Source of the DNA: Candidatus Micrarchaeia archaeon
GTDB taxonomy: Archaea > Micrarchaeota > Micrarchaeia > Norongarragalinales > Norongarragalinaceae
Length of the DNA: 64,000 nucleotides
Direction: 5' to 3'
NCBI GenBank assembly: GCA_041648335.1
Contig: JBAZPG010000004.1
Span: 13,793 to 77,792, forward strand
Of the stretch, positions 1-12,400 are shown piece by piece (within the stretch, counting starts at the first letter, position 1; every line of letters starts with the position of its first letter). Under the pieces are notes generated by a model. The model did no database searches. It had not been told where the DNA came from and saw nothing but the letters and a program-made list of their open reading frames with translations. The position numbers and the translations under genes are program-made.

Positions 1-330
1 TACAAGCAGGACCACCCGCGCTTCTGCCTGGACGTAACCGGGGACATGCGTGCGTTGGCGAAAATCGTTCTCGAGTCCGACAAGACCGGGGGGATAATCC
101 TCGGCGGCGGCGCGGCAAAGCACCACGCAATCGGCGCCCAACTCGCACGCGGGGGTTTCGATTACGCGGTTTACGTTTCCACGGGCTCCCAGTACGACGG
201 CTCCCTGAGCGGCGCCCGAGTCACCGAGGCGGTTTCGTGGGGCAAGGTTAAGTCGCGCGCCCGCGTTGCGAACGTGGAGTGCGACGCTTCCCTTGCTTTC
301 CCGTTGATCGCGGCTGCGCTCAAGGGTTGA
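1..330 (+). CDS. dys: deoxyhypusine synthase, C-terminal fragment (5' end lies outside the window)
   Basis: Open frame from nt 1 with no stop until 330. The translation contains the GGGxxKHH motif that is conserved in deoxyhypusine synthases. Confidence 0.55.
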   Translation, partial: YKQDHPRFCLDVTGDMRALAKIVLESDKTGGIILGGGAAKHHAIGAQLARGGFDYAVYVSTGSQYDGSLSGARVTEAVSWGKVKSRARVANVECDASLAFPLIAAALKG

Positions 331-364
331 AAAAATAAAGAAAAACTAAAAGGGATTCTCGGAA

Positions 365-769
365 TTACTTGTCCTTCGAGATGTCGTAAATCGCCTTTAT
401 CGCGACGATTGCCGCGGCAGGGGCGATGAACACGCCAGCCAGGGACATCACGTTGCTCATGCTCTCCATGTAGGGGAGGATGGCGAATACGATGTTCAAG
501 CTCGACGCAGCCATCATGAACGCGATCGCCGACACGAGGAACGGAACCGTCTCCTTGTCGCTCACATTCAGGAAGCCAACTATTATGCCCAGGACAGCTA
601 AGACGAGTACTATCGTCGTGTCAGCCGTGGCAAAGAATCCCGCCAGCACGGCGAGAGCCAGACCGATTAGGAAAGCCCACGGGCCCAATTTGTTTACTGA
701 ATCCTTCACTTTTCTGGTCACCTCTTCGTTTAGCCTATTTTCGGCGAGCAACCCGCCCGCCCAAAACAC
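365..769 (-). CDS. small integral membrane protein, hypothetical
   Basis: 134-aa ORF predicted to have about four TM helices; no recognisable family. Confidence 0.4.
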   Translation of the reverse strand: MFWAGGLLAENRLNEEVTRKVKDSVNKLGPWAFLIGLALAVLAGFFATADTTIVLVLAVLGIIVGFLNVSDKETVPFLVSAIAFMMAASSLNIVFAILPYMESMSNVMSLAGVFIAPAAAIVAIKAIYDISKDK

Positions 770-819
770 GCAGAACCCATTACACTCCGCCCATTAAAAA
801 AGCGAGGTTTTTACGACAT

Positions 820-2547
820 TTAACGAACTTTTTGTTTTTCGTATAATGCGAGCGCTTCCTCTTCGGTCGTTGCCTCGGCTGGGGTCTTGTCGTAACGCAC
901 GCGCACCAGTCGCGGGAAACGCAACGCAAGCCCGCGTCCCGCGCTCTTGGCTGCGGTGTGCACCTCGCTCTGGCTCAATTCATCGGCTTTAACTTCCACC
1001 ACGATTTCGGGTTTCACCCAGGCGTGCGGCTCGATTAGCGAGTCAACTTCGTCCGGCTTCTTGGGCAGTTTGATTTTCTCGAGGCGTTCACTCAACTCTG
1101 CCAGCTGGGCTTCGCTGAAACCAGTTCCTATTTTCGCAATCGTGCGGTAGCCGCGTCCCGCGCGCACTGCGGTGAGCAATCCGCCGAGCCCGAATTCGGT
1201 GCGCTTGCCTTTCCCGTAATAATAACCGACAACGACCACGTCAAGGGTGTCAGCCAATCCCTCGGAATACGATTTCTTGAGTTTTATCCAGGCGAACTTG
1301 CGCGCCCCCGCGGCGTACGGTGCAGCGAAGTCCTTCACCATCACTCCCTCGAGCCCGGCGTCCACGCATTCCCCGAAGAATTCCTCGAGTGCCGCCGCGT
1401 CCTTTACGAGCTTGCCTTGCGACAGGCGGATCATCCCGTCCCCGCGCACCAAACCCGCGAGCGCGTTGCGCCGCTCCTTGAACGCCACGGGGGTGTAGTC
1501 GCGCCCGTCAGCGTAAAGCAAGTCGAACGCGAACACTTTGAGGGGGATTTCCTCGGATTTCGCCTTGATTCCGTGCTTGCGTTTGCGTTTCGCGGTCTCC
1601 TGGAACGCCTTGAAAGTGCCCGTGGCCTCGTCGAAGCTGATCGCCTCGCCCTCGAATATCGCCTCTTGCGCGCGCACTTGTTCGCGCACTGCCTTCACCA
1701 CGTCCGGGAACATGGCGGTGGTTTTCTCCTGGCGCCGCGAGTAAATCTCCACGCGCGAGCCGGACTTGTGTATCTGGAGGCGCAAGCCGTCGTATTTTCC
1801 CTCGGCGAAGCACTCGCCCATCTTTTTGATTATCCCCGCGGCATCAGGCAACCGTTCGGCGAGGGCTGGGCGGATGGGGTGGAACGGCTCGGCTTTGACG
1901 GCGCGTACCGCCTCCATTCCCTTCGAGTAAAGCGTCTCAGCCACGAGGCCCAAGTCCGAGGAAAGGTTGAACGCGCGTTCGAGCTCGCCGCGCAAACTCT
2001 TGTTCCCGGCTTTCGCGAACGAGAGCGCGTCGATTATCGTTGCCTCGCCCACGCCAAGGCGCAGCCGTCCGGTTACGAAGCGCGTCACCATCTTCGCCTC
2101 TTCGGGCGAGCCGTTCGAGAACAGTTCCCCGAGGAGCCGCGTCTTGGTGGTCTGGCTGCCCGTGCCCGACGCCGTGGCGATGTGCAACAGGTTGTCATGC
2201 ACTTTTGCCACCGTGAGGTTCGACGAAGCGAGCGAGTGCTGTTCGCGCTTCGCGAGCAACGCCTCGGCAGTTGCACCCAAGTCCCCGGTCTTGCGGTAGG
2301 ACGCCTTCACTTTTTTCTGGGATTGCCCGGAAACCGTTGCCAACGCGTTCACGCACAACGCCTCAGCCAAACCCAGCTCGACATCCTCGAACGCGGGCTT
2401 CACTATCCCCTGTAAAAGGTAAACTATGGCGCGCACCTCGCCGCGGGGCGCCTCCTCGAACAGCGCGCCCAAGTCGCGCGAAATGTCCAAGCGCGAGGAC
2501 TGCCCCTCGAGCTTCGAGAAAACTTCGGCAACGCGCGCGAACTCCAT
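820..2547 (-). CDS. lig: ATP-dependent DNA ligase
   Basis: 575 aa with motif I KYDGLRLQIHK (KxDGxR), an OB-fold region and an archaeal-type N-terminal DNA-binding domain. Its start abuts the stop of the upstream gene at 2548. Confidence 0.95.
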   Translation of the reverse strand: MEFARVAEVFSKLEGQSSRLDISRDLGALFEEAPRGEVRAIVYLLQGIVKPAFEDVELGLAEALCVNALATVSGQSQKKVKASYRKTGDLGATAEALLAKREQHSLASSNLTVAKVHDNLLHIATASGTGSQTTKTRLLGELFSNGSPEEAKMVTRFVTGRLRLGVGEATIIDALSFAKAGNKSLRGELERAFNLSSDLGLVAETLYSKGMEAVRAVKAEPFHPIRPALAERLPDAAGIIKKMGECFAEGKYDGLRLQIHKSGSRVEIYSRRQEKTTAMFPDVVKAVREQVRAQEAIFEGEAISFDEATGTFKAFQETAKRKRKHGIKAKSEEIPLKVFAFDLLYADGRDYTPVAFKERRNALAGLVRGDGMIRLSQGKLVKDAAALEEFFGECVDAGLEGVMVKDFAAPYAAGARKFAWIKLKKSYSEGLADTLDVVVVGYYYGKGKRTEFGLGGLLTAVRAGRGYRTIAKIGTGFSEAQLAELSERLEKIKLPKKPDEVDSLIEPHAWVKPEIVVEVKADELSQSEVHTAAKSAGRGLALRFPRLVRVRYDKTPAEATTEEEALALYEKQKVR

Positions 2548-5500
2548 TCAAGGCACCCAGCCGCTGATTATTCCAGTCAACTCGCTTTGCGCGTAAGTCG
2601 ACGGGTCGCCCTGCGCCGCGTCGAAAACGCCGCTTGCGCCCGCACCCGCATTCGCGTTCACCAAACCGAACGCCTCCCACGGCGCGGCATTCGCGAAAAC
2701 ATCCTGTAACGCCGGCGGCACGGGCGCGCACGACGCACTCAAACCGAAACGCACAACCGTGTAAAGCCGGTTATTGAAAACAAATTCTTCCACGCCCCCT
2801 GCCTTTGCCTCGCAAATTGCAACGCAGTTCCCGGAGGGAAGCGGCGAACAAACGAAATTCGCGGTCTTGGGTTCGGGCACGAGCGCGGGCAAGCTCACGA
2901 GCATTCCACTCAATTCGGCGCACGGTGCCACCGCAAGCGAGCACGCCGCCCGGCTGCCCGTGACATCCGAGTAAAAGCTGGGCACCACCACGCTTTGCGT
3001 TTCTTGTGCCTGCGCGAGCGAAGCAAGCGTCGCCTCTTCAGTTACCCGCACCCCGTCGTCCTCGCCGTGCGCGAAACCGCACAAGCGCGTTCCGCCAGCA
3101 GTCATAATCGAAGCGGAGTAATCCCACGTTGAACCGTCCGCACTCGCTGCCTTCAACTCCACTACTGCGGGTCCGCCACACGCTTCAACCGTAAACCCTT
3201 CTTCTTCCAACGCAGTCAAGCCGCCCTCGGCGAGCTGGGCAATGCCTACGAACTCGAATTCACCAAAGCCAAGCGCCCCCGCCGGCGCCCCTGCGCCCCG
3301 TTTGAACGCGCCGGCGTTCGCCGTGCGCAACGCCTCAGCCTTGAACGCCGCCATCATTTCCTTGGCAGCCGAAGCGTCGCACCAACCGCGGCTGCAGCAC
3401 AGCCAGTCCCCGCACGATTCAACGCGGGAACCCAAATCCGTTTTTCCCGGGAACAACGAAACCTGTTGCGGGTAGTCCACGCTTGCCGAAAAACTTCCGC
3501 TCTCGAACGCGGTTGACTCAGTCAGCTCGAACGCCCTGACTGCCGGCGAATCGAACTCAACGCCGTTCACGATGCGCGAGCCGAACTGTTTCTCGTCCAA
3601 AACAAACGCGAGCTTCGCCGCGCCGTCGCCTGGCGTCAACCCGCGCGGCTCAACGAGCAACGCTTCTTCTTCAACCGCAGTCACGCTTATCGGTATTTCA
3701 AGGCGCGCGTCTTTGAGGCAGGACGCGCTCACCACCAGGCGCGCGCCCGCGTCTTCGGGCGCCGCGTTGCCGTCAACCGCAAGCGGGCACGAGGGGTTGC
3801 CTGCGTCCGCGGCTTTGAACCACACCGCCCCGTTTGCATAACCGTAACACGATTCCGTGCCCGCGCTGCTCTCGAAGCGGTAGGCAAGCCCGCACTCTTC
3901 AGCCGTCAAGTCCAACGCAACCGCGTCCGCCGGATAAATCGAGTTGACTTCCAATTCGATTTCCAAGACGCGCGACTTGAGCGCGCCCGATTCGAGCCAG
4001 AAGTCCTCGTGCGCGCCAGTAGAATTCCACGCCGTACCGTTGCCTCCGGTTGCCTCTTCCGGCTTGCTCACCTGAACCGTGAAATCCTCGGTCGCGGCAT
4101 AGCATCCTGCCTTTTCAGGCGCGCGCTCCGCGTTGCCGAGTGCTTCGTCAAGCGGGTCACGCGTCCATTCGCTTCCCTTGATTGAATAGCCGCGGTAACC
4201 GAACGACACGGTTCCCGCGCCGCCGGCGCGCACCTTGAACACGCGTTCGCCCGCGTGCGCCCGCGAACGCGAATCCACCCACTTGTAGCCCCCGTTCAAC
4301 GCCGCAACCGAATCCTGCAAGAGTGCCGCGCAATATTCCCCCGCGTCGTCCAATTCAGCCGAGCTGCGTTCCACCCAGTCGCCTTTCGGGTAGTTGGTAA
4401 TCCAGGCGTCCCCGTGCACGCTCAACGCAACGCCCGCCTCGTCCGCGCCTTCCGCGGGCACGAGGTTGAACACGAGTTCGTATTCGCGTCCTTCCTCGAA
4501 CGCGTCCACGAAACCCGAGGCGTCCCGCGCGCCCACGAACTCCACGCGTGCCGTGCCGTCCGCGCGCTCGAGCTCCACCGAACGCGCGGCGCGTTCGCCC
4601 GGTTCCAAGCCGTCCACGGAAAATTCAGTCGCGGCGTAGCCGTCCGCGTCCGCGCGCACTATTGTTTCTTCAAAAGCGTCCAACTCGAAGCCATCAGCAT
4701 CCACTGAAACCTTTTCGTTGTTTTGCGTGACCTCGAACAAGGCGCGGTCAATCGAATTATTCGCGGAGTCAACCGCGTCCAGAACAAGGAACGCCTTGCC
4801 CCACGCGAGCTTCAGGCTAATGTTCTTGTCCTCGTCGAGCGTTACGCTCGCGGACGCCCGCTTCCCGTTCGCGTAAGCGGATACTGAGTATTCGCCCGCG
4901 TCGAGGCGGAACTCCGCCCGGCCGTCAAGGGCAAAAGCGTCCGCCTTCGCCTTGCCGTCCGCCGAGCGCACCGAGAGGCTCGCATTGCCCGCGTCCACCG
5001 TGACCAACAGTTTCTTGGATGATGCAGTCGAGCGCGCCACGACTTCCACGGTGCCGCCCGGTTGGAATTCGCGGCTGGTTACGGGCGCGAAGCCCGTGCC
5101 GGTTGCAACAAAGTAAAGCGATTCGTTCGAGTACGACGAGTACACTGCCTCGCCGTTCGTTTCCGTTGATGCCAGCGGGTTCGCGGGCAGCGAGTAAACC
5201 GAAATCAAGCAGGGCACGGGCGCGCCTCGCGCGTCCACTGCGCGCAGCGTGGTGTTCACCGGCTCGGCGGACAAGGAGATTTCAAGGAAGTTCGCGCCTT
5301 CGGAGAGCACGCGCGGCTCAGCGGAGCCGTCGAGCACGCCGTCGCCGACGAATACCGCGTACGCCTCGGTGCCCGCGGGCAAACCCCGAATGATTGCGCT
5401 TCCCGCTTCCACGCGCGCGGAACCCAGGAACACGCCCGCGTTGAAGTCGCGCACGAACACTTCACCGTCAACAGGCGCGCCGCTTGCGCCGGTCACGGTG

Positions 5501-5916
5501 ACAACTGCAATCGCCTCTGCGGGTTGTCCCGCTTGGCTCGCAACCGCAGCCGTGGCAAGTGAAATTGTTATTTTGTCGCGCGTGGGAATGAACGCTAAAG
5601 CTTCGGTTTCGTAGCCCTCTTTTGCCAGGCGCAAACCCACGACCGTTCCTGCTTCCGTATCAAAGTAATAAGCACCCGAGGCGTTCGTCTCCCCGCCCCC
5701 GAAATAGTCCCCTATTGAATAGTCCACGCGGACGCCTTCAAGGGGCGACGCGTTCGAGTCAACTACAATAACCGCGAATCCGCCCTGATGGAATATTGTT
5801 TCATTCAATGCCTCCGTTCCCGCCATTGCTTGGGGTTCCAGGAACGCGAAGGCCAAGGCGAGCACTAACACCACGAGAACAGCCATCACAACGCGTTCCG
5901 CAGCAATCCCAGCCAT
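2548..5916 (-). CDS. large secreted/surface protein with repeated CarbopepD_reg-like (Ig-like beta-sandwich) domains
   Basis: 1122 aa with an N-terminal signal-anchor, repeated ~80-aa beta-rich modules and a Cys-rich segment; no cytoplasmic enzyme motifs. Confidence 0.6.
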   Translation of the reverse strand: MAGIAAERVVMAVLVVLVLALAFAFLEPQAMAGTEALNETIFHQGGFAVIVVDSNASPLEGVRVDYSIGDYFGGGETNASGAYYFDTEAGTVVGLRLAKEGYETEALAFIPTRDKITISLATAAVASQAGQPAEAIAVVTVTGASGAPVDGEVFVRDFNAGVFLGSARVEAGSAIIRGLPAGTEAYAVFVGDGVLDGSAEPRVLSEGANFLEISLSAEPVNTTLRAVDARGAPVPCLISVYSLPANPLASTETNGEAVYSSYSNESLYFVATGTGFAPVTSREFQPGGTVEVVARSTASSKKLLVTVDAGNASLSVRSADGKAKADAFALDGRAEFRLDAGEYSVSAYANGKRASASVTLDEDKNISLKLAWGKAFLVLDAVDSANNSIDRALFEVTQNNEKVSVDADGFELDAFEETIVRADADGYAATEFSVDGLEPGERAARSVELERADGTARVEFVGARDASGFVDAFEEGREYELVFNLVPAEGADEAGVALSVHGDAWITNYPKGDWVERSSAELDDAGEYCAALLQDSVAALNGGYKWVDSRSRAHAGERVFKVRAGGAGTVSFGYRGYSIKGSEWTRDPLDEALGNAERAPEKAGCYAATEDFTVQVSKPEEATGGNGTAWNSTGAHEDFWLESGALKSRVLEIELEVNSIYPADAVALDLTAEECGLAYRFESSAGTESCYGYANGAVWFKAADAGNPSCPLAVDGNAAPEDAGARLVVSASCLKDARLEIPISVTAVEEEALLVEPRGLTPGDGAAKLAFVLDEKQFGSRIVNGVEFDSPAVRAFELTESTAFESGSFSASVDYPQQVSLFPGKTDLGSRVESCGDWLCCSRGWCDASAAKEMMAAFKAEALRTANAGAFKRGAGAPAGALGFGEFEFVGIAQLAEGGLTALEEEGFTVEACGGPAVVELKAASADGSTWDYSASIMTAGGTRLCGFAHGEDDGVRVTEEATLASLAQAQETQSVVVPSFYSDVTGSRAACSLAVAPCAELSGMLVSLPALVPEPKTANFVCSPLPSGNCVAICEAKAGGVEEFVFNNRLYTVVRFGLSASCAPVPPALQDVFANAAPWEAFGLVNANAGAGASGVFDAAQGDPSTYAQSELTGIISGWVP

Positions 5917-5943
5917 GAATAAACGATTACGCGTTCGGGGGCT

Positions 5944-6369
5944 TTAAAACAGTTTGACCGTGCCGTCAACCGCCAGGTGGCTCGCGTATGCGGCGCCCCC
6001 GAGCAAGGCGAGCGGCCAGCCCGCGAGGAACGCGAGGGCAGCGGAGAAGAGCGCGAGGCAGGCGAGCGAGTGCGTGAAACCCCGGTGCCTGGGCTTGAGC
6101 ACCAAAACGAGGATGCCCGCGAGCAAACCCGCGCCCAGCCCCCACGCCCAGTTTCCCGTGCGCGAGTACACGAGCGCGCCCGCTCCGAGCGCGACGCCCG
6201 CCAAGATGAAACGGAACAGTTTGCTCTTGTAGTTGTCCGCGTCGGGCGCGAGCGCTCCCAGCGCCACGACTGCCGCGGCAGTCCAGTCAAGGGGAACGCC
6301 GAGCGAGAGAGCGCTTGCGGCGAGCGCTGCCGCTGCCGCACCCGCAACCAAATGCCCGAAAGCGTTCAT
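5944..6369 (-). CDS. membrane-bound metal-dependent hydrolase (DUF457/YdjM-like)
   Basis: 141 aa, multi-TM, with the HRGFTHS and HLAVD His motifs typical of the family. Confidence 0.6.
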   Translation of the reverse strand: MNAFGHLVAGAAAAALAASALSLGVPLDWTAAAVVALGALAPDADNYKSKLFRFILAGVALGAGALVYSRTGNWAWGLGAGLLAGILVLVLKPRHRGFTHSLACLALFSAALAFLAGWPLALLGGAAYASHLAVDGTVKLF

Positions 6370-6392
6370 GTTAAACCATTGCTAAAATACGT

Positions 6393-6400
6393 TTTTATAC
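6393..6400 (+). promoter_or_regulatory. TATA-box-like element (TTTTTATA) about 22 nt upstream of the 6422 start
   Basis: AT-rich octamer in an otherwise GC-rich divergent intergenic region; spacing fits an archaeal TATA with a short leader. Confidence 0.3.
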
Positions 6401-6421
6401 CTCGCGAGGCGAAAACCCATC

Positions 6422-9400
6422 ATGGGTTTACTCGAAGGCGCGCGTGAACGCCTATCCGGCTTTTTGGGCGCGCTCAACGAACGCTATTACTCGTTAATGG
6501 ACTCCCTCCAGGAACGCGGAATCAAGGTTTACGATTGGTTCGTGAACCCCCTTGAGGAACGCGGTATTCCCTCGCTTCCCGTGCTCCTCGTGCTCCTGCT
6601 CGCGTTCGTTGCCGGGGCATTCCTCGCGTTCAACCCCCTTCAATCAACGGTTGCCCTCGAAGTCAGCGTTTACTCCCAGAACGAGCCGCTCGCGGGTGTC
6701 CCCGTAATCGTTTCAGTTGCCGGAAACGCTGCGACGGCGTTCACGGGTGCGGACGGCATTGCCCGCTTCGGAGCGCTGCCGCAGGGCGCGGATGCCCTTA
6801 TAACAATAAAGGAAACTGGTTACGGAAACTATGAGAAGCGCCTCGAACTCGCCCCGACTGATGGCGGGGCAGTTGAATTGCGCGCGAACCTCGAGGCAAT
6901 TGCGAAGCCGGCGATAACCGTGCTCGTCACCGATTCTTCGGGCACGCCGCTCGCGGGCGCCACCCTGTCTTATTCCAGTCCGGCAACGGGCGAACCGGTT
7001 GAAAAGCAAACGGACGCCTCTGGCTCCGTTCGCCTGGAATACTCGCAAAGCAACGAGATTTACTCCTTATATGTAACGCGCGACGGATTCGTCCAAGGGC
7101 GCGTAACCTGTTTTGCCTCTGGTACGGAGTGCGTAATCGAGCTCGAAGCCGAAGCGGACGCGGGCGGCGAACAAGGCGGCGCGCTCGAACCCATCGGCAC
7201 CGTAGTCGTGCGCGTGAAGAACGCGGCGGGAGAAAAAACCGAGGCTACTGTTGCGCTCCACGACGCGAACTCGCCTGCCGTGCTTGCGAGCAGCCGAACG
7301 AGCCAAGGCGTTGCGGTGTTCCGGGGAATCGCAGCGGGCACTTCGGTTTACGTTTCCGTTCAAGCCGAGGGTTACCTTAATTACAACGGCGGAACCGCTG
7401 GCGACGAGCAAACGGTTTCCAGCGCGGGCGACACCCTATTCAGCGTAATCCTCGCAACCGCGGGGAGCGCGGGCGCAAAACAGACGCGCTTCACGATTAC
7501 GGACGCGGAAGGCGCGCCGGTCCAAGGCGCTTACGTTAAACTCTATTCACTCAACGAGCCGCTTGCGTTGCTGGAGTTCCAGTCCACCGATGCCGCGGGC
7601 GACGCGATATTCGAGCTCGACGCGGACGCGCTCGCGTACGCCTCGATTTACGCTGACGGTTTCCTGCCGCGCGTGGAGCAACTCGTGGAGCCCGGCGCAT
7701 TCAAGACGTTCGCGCTCGAACCCCTTGCCCCGGGCAACAACGCCCCGGCTAAAATAACGGTGCTCGATGCGGACAACGGGCCGGTGCCGCAGGCGCGCGT
7801 GTTCATACTCGCGGGCGACGGCTTTGTTCTTGCATTGCCGTACGCGCAGACGCTCGAGGACGGTTCGGTTACTATCGACGGACTCCCGCTCGAAGGATTG
7901 CGCGCGCAGGCATCGAAGGGCGCTAGCCACGGCGAAAGCGACGAGTTCCAACCCGCGAGCGGGGAACTTGCCGAAGCGACGGTTACCTTCGCGCCGCTTT
8001 ACGGTCGCGTCCTCGCAATTGCCTCGGACGCCTCGCAGCCCGGCACGGGCGTTAACGCGCTCGTGCGCGCCTTCATCGAAGGCGAGGAAGTCGCCTCGTG
8101 CCAGTCGAACGCCACGCAATGCGAGCTGGACGTGCGCGCCAACAAACCCGTTACCTTGAAGTTCACCGCAACGAATTACGCTGAAACCATTACGCCCGCG
8201 TTCTCAGTCGCACCCGAGGAAACCGTCTCGAAGGCAGCGCAACTCGTGCCCCTCGCGCTTGCAAACCAGTTGTTCATCGTCTCGTTCGAGTTAATCGACC
8301 CAGCGAACGGACAACCGGTGCCCGAGGGCGCGCCCCTCGAGCGCGGCAAGCAATACGATGCCGTGCTCTACGCGAACCTCCCGCAAGGCGCGGACGCCTC
8401 GGGTTTCCGCCTCTCGCTCGAGGGGCCACAGGAAATCCTGTTCTATTCCGCGCCCGAAGACGCCGAGGCGTCGAGCGGCTCGAACACCCGGGAAGCGTCG
8501 TGCGACTATTGGACGCAGGACGGCGCGGTGCGTTGGGTGAACCTCGAGTTCACCGAGGGCTTCGGGGTGCGCGCTCTCTCCGCCCGCATACTCGTCTCCC
8601 CGCAAGCAACGAAAACGGACGAGCTGGCGTTCGAGTACCGCGCCTACGCCACTGACGGCGGGTTGTGGTACCGCAACCCGTTCGACGAGTCACGCAATTA
8701 TTCCGCTGGCGAAACGCCTTGCGTCGCGCCGTTCACCCGCGTCGAACGCGCGGTAACCGAGGGTTCGACTACGTGCAACGAATACGCCTGCCTTTCGCTG
8801 GTGTTCGACAACGGCGTTGAAACTCGCGGGAACGCGCTCCCGGTTGAAATAGGTGCGGCGTTCTCAACGTTTGTCGAGGCGCGCTTTTACGGCGACTACA
8901 CCTATCCTTACCTCTCGGTTGCCGCGGACGAAACAGAAATACTTTTTACAAGCGAATCGTTCCACAACGAGTCGAGCGAGCCGAATGCCGCGGAGTTCAC
9001 GCGCGAACTCGTGCTCGACGGACTGAATTCCGACGGGGGTGAAATATCCGCGCTCGCCCTTGTTGCGAGCAGGAACGCGGAAATCTCATTCGAATTGGGC
9101 TACCAGGACGGCGTGCTGCTTTCGACGACGCGTCGCATTTCAATTACGGGTGAAGGCGAACTCGTTGCCGCGGTAACACCGCAGGAACTCGAGGCGAACC
9201 AAGACAACGAACTCACGGTTACAGTGTACTCGGGAACGGGCTCTCCCGTGGAAGACGCACTCGTTGAATTACTCGACGGGGAAGGCGCACCGCTTGCGGG
9301 CGAAGAATACTACCTCGCGGGAGACGGCTCGCGCGGCAGCGGAGAGAACGGCGAATACTCTTTCGAAGTGCATCCCTCGTCGCCGGGCACCCTGCTCGTC

Positions 9401-12400
9401 TCGGTCGAACGCGAGGGCTACGCTTCCGCCGAACAGGAAATCGCCGTTGTCGCGACGGACTTCCTTTCGTTCGAACCCGACGCAGCCTCGCTCTCGGTTG
9501 ATTGCGACCCGCTCGAGCTCACGGTGTTCAACGAACTCGCGGTTGCTGCACCCGTGGAAGCGTCGTTCGCGGACAACGCCTGCGTGGTGCTCTCGGGTCC
9601 GCTCGTGACCAACAACGGAAACCACTCTTACTCTTTCACCGTGCCCGCCTCGGGTTCAACTACGCTTTTCGCGGAGCCGATAGTGAACCAGGACTGCTAT
9701 CTCGCGTTGAACTCGGTGCTCGAAGGCACGGGCTCCGCGTACTCTGGTACGGCGTACTTCCAGGTGGATTGCAGCGCGCTCGACCCGGTCGAGGAAGAAG
9801 CAATCGAGGACGACTGTTCTTCCGCGGACTGCGGCGCCTGCACCGAAACGCAGTGCATTGATTTGGAGGGTTACTGCCAACCCGCATATCTCACGCTTCC
9901 GGGAGGGAACCGTTCGTTCAACGGTTGCGTGGACGCCGAGCCAACTCCCGAAGCGTCGTGTAGCGCGGCGAACTGTTCGCTCTGCGACCAACAGGAGTGC
10001 CTCGCGCTCCAGAACCAGGGCGCCTGCCTTGCCGAGTACGCTGCGGGAGTTTACGCGCGCTGTTCTACGCTCGAGGCGTACGATTGTTCGCCTGGCAACT
10101 TCGATTTCTCGAACATACTCGCCCGCCGTCTTGCGCAATACCACGCGGACGCGTTGTTGAACCCGGCCATGGGCAAGCGCGTGATTGCCGCGAGCGCAAG
10201 CAACCAAGTCCTCATCACGAATTACGGCTACTCAATTGGTGCAACCGGTCCAGGTTGTGATAAAAAAGACAACTCAATCGTGTGCGATAAGCCCGTGAAC
10301 GCGATGTTCCCGATTAACGGGATGACTTTCTCGGTGCAGACCACGCTCGGACAGCAAATCAGCGTGCTCGCCGGGCTCGCGGATGAAGAGGATGAAGACA
10401 ATTCGTGTTTCGAGGTTAAGAAAGTGAACGGCGACTCCGCGTTCGGCATTGACGATTTGGCTGAAACCGTGCGCGGAACGCTCGGCGCGATAATGCTCAC
10501 CCCCGAGGCACCTTACGCGACCTACCTCGTGACATTCAAGGGCACGGACCCTGAGTGCGTTGATTACTCGTGGGAGAACGGCTTGCGCATGACCCCCAAG
10601 TCGAATAAGGACACGTTTACAATCGAACTCGAGCCGACTGTGTACGGCGGCGGGCAATTGGGCAGGGTAACCCTCACCTTAAACATGATTACGGAGGACG
10701 ACTCCGAGTATGAGGATTTCGCGGATGACGCCGCCAAGTACGCGTTGTTCGCAGTTCCCGCCTCGGGCACAATCTACAGCCGCGGCGCAACGGTCGAACC
10801 GGTGTTCATCACCGCGAACGCGTTCGACACGGACATTATGATTACTCACGGCGGTTCGACAACCGAGTTGGGTGAAGCGGGCATCGCATTCGTTCAAGCA
10901 AAGCTGGGCGACGCCTTCGAGTTGGATGTCAACGGCGTGAACGGCACGGGCTTTGCATTCGCTCCCGCTTCAACAACCGACACGGGCAACACCATCGCTG
11001 CGGGCGACATCGTGGGTTCGGTTTCCGCGAACGCGTTAACCGTTTTCACTAGTGTTCCTTCCACTGAGGAAGCAACTGCGGATGTGCCCGCATTGCCTTC
11101 CACGAGCGGCACAATAATCAACGGCGGAACATTCGATAACAGCGATTCAGAAACATCAACCGCCTCGAACGACGGCGTTACGGCAGAGGGTTTGGCGTGC
11201 AGTGGAACCGAGTGGTGCACCCCCGAGCAAGCCGCTTCAGCAGCCGAAGCCGCGCAAGCCGACTTGCAGGAATTATACGTTGAATTCTACGAGTCGCTCG
11301 ACCGCGTGGACTCCTCTGGCTTGGTGCAGGGGAGCGAGGAAGTGTTCAACCAGGCGCTTAACGACGCGATTGGCGACTACGCCGCGCGTTCGGCGGTTTA
11401 CCAGGCGTGTAAAGCCGCGGGAACCGACCCGCTTGCCGGACTCCAGGAGGACTGCACTGCGAACTACTTCGGTCCGGGCTTGAACGCGAACCCGTCCGGA
11501 TTCCAAACCAGCGAATATCCACAGCTTTCCGCGCCCGTTCCAGCTTCTTGGCAGGCGCCCCAGGGTTTCGGGAGCGTATACGGAAACGCGTTCACCCAAA
11601 CCGCCTGCAACTCCGAGTTAATGAATTACGGCATGGGTTCGACGCAGGCAATGGGCTCGAACTTCTGGAACTCGTTCACGGGTACGCTCACCGGACAACT
11701 CACGCCCTACTCGGGTGAAGTCGCCACCGGGCAACCCATACTCTCGTTCGACGAGGCAGTCGTGGTAATACCCATGAAAGTCGCGGGCGTGGGCATCGTG
11801 CCCTTCGTGTTCTCTTTCGACGCGGTTGAAGCCGGTTTAGCGGAAGGCGATGTTACCGGACAAGACGAGGACCGCCAACTCGTGCATATAATCGACACGA
11901 TTGACACCACGGGTTCGGTGCGCGCCGCGTCCCTCGTGACGTTCATCCACAAGCCCGACGTTTTCAGTGTACTCGACGGCGGCAGCCCCGAATCGAACGT
12001 GTTCGCGATACCCTACATCAATAACGCACAAACCGTTGTTTTCGCTGCAACGCCGAACCTGTTCACCATGAACAAGTACCCAATGACCATCGCGCCCGAG
12101 TGCGCTTTCGCCTCGTTGAATTATTGGACTGGAATTCAAAGCACGTCCGACGCGACTCAAAGCGGCGTGTTCGATGTTGCCGAACAGACTGTGGAAACAC
12201 TGGCGGTTACTTGCAACGGCGTCGTGAACACCCTAACCATTAACGCATTGACGAACAAGGTTACCGTCGGAAGCGGTGCAAACGCGTTGTTCGAGTGCCT
12301 GCTCGACGAGTCCAAGACGCTCGCGGGCACGGTAAGCGGTGACGAAACGAGCTTGACTTGCGATGGTTGCACTTGCACCCTGATTGAAGAGGCAACAGAA

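Noticed and set aside
1417-2415. 332-aa plus-strand ORF inside the DNA ligase gene
   Set aside because: Antisense shadow ORF with Arg/Leu/Ala-rich junk composition, fully contained in lig.
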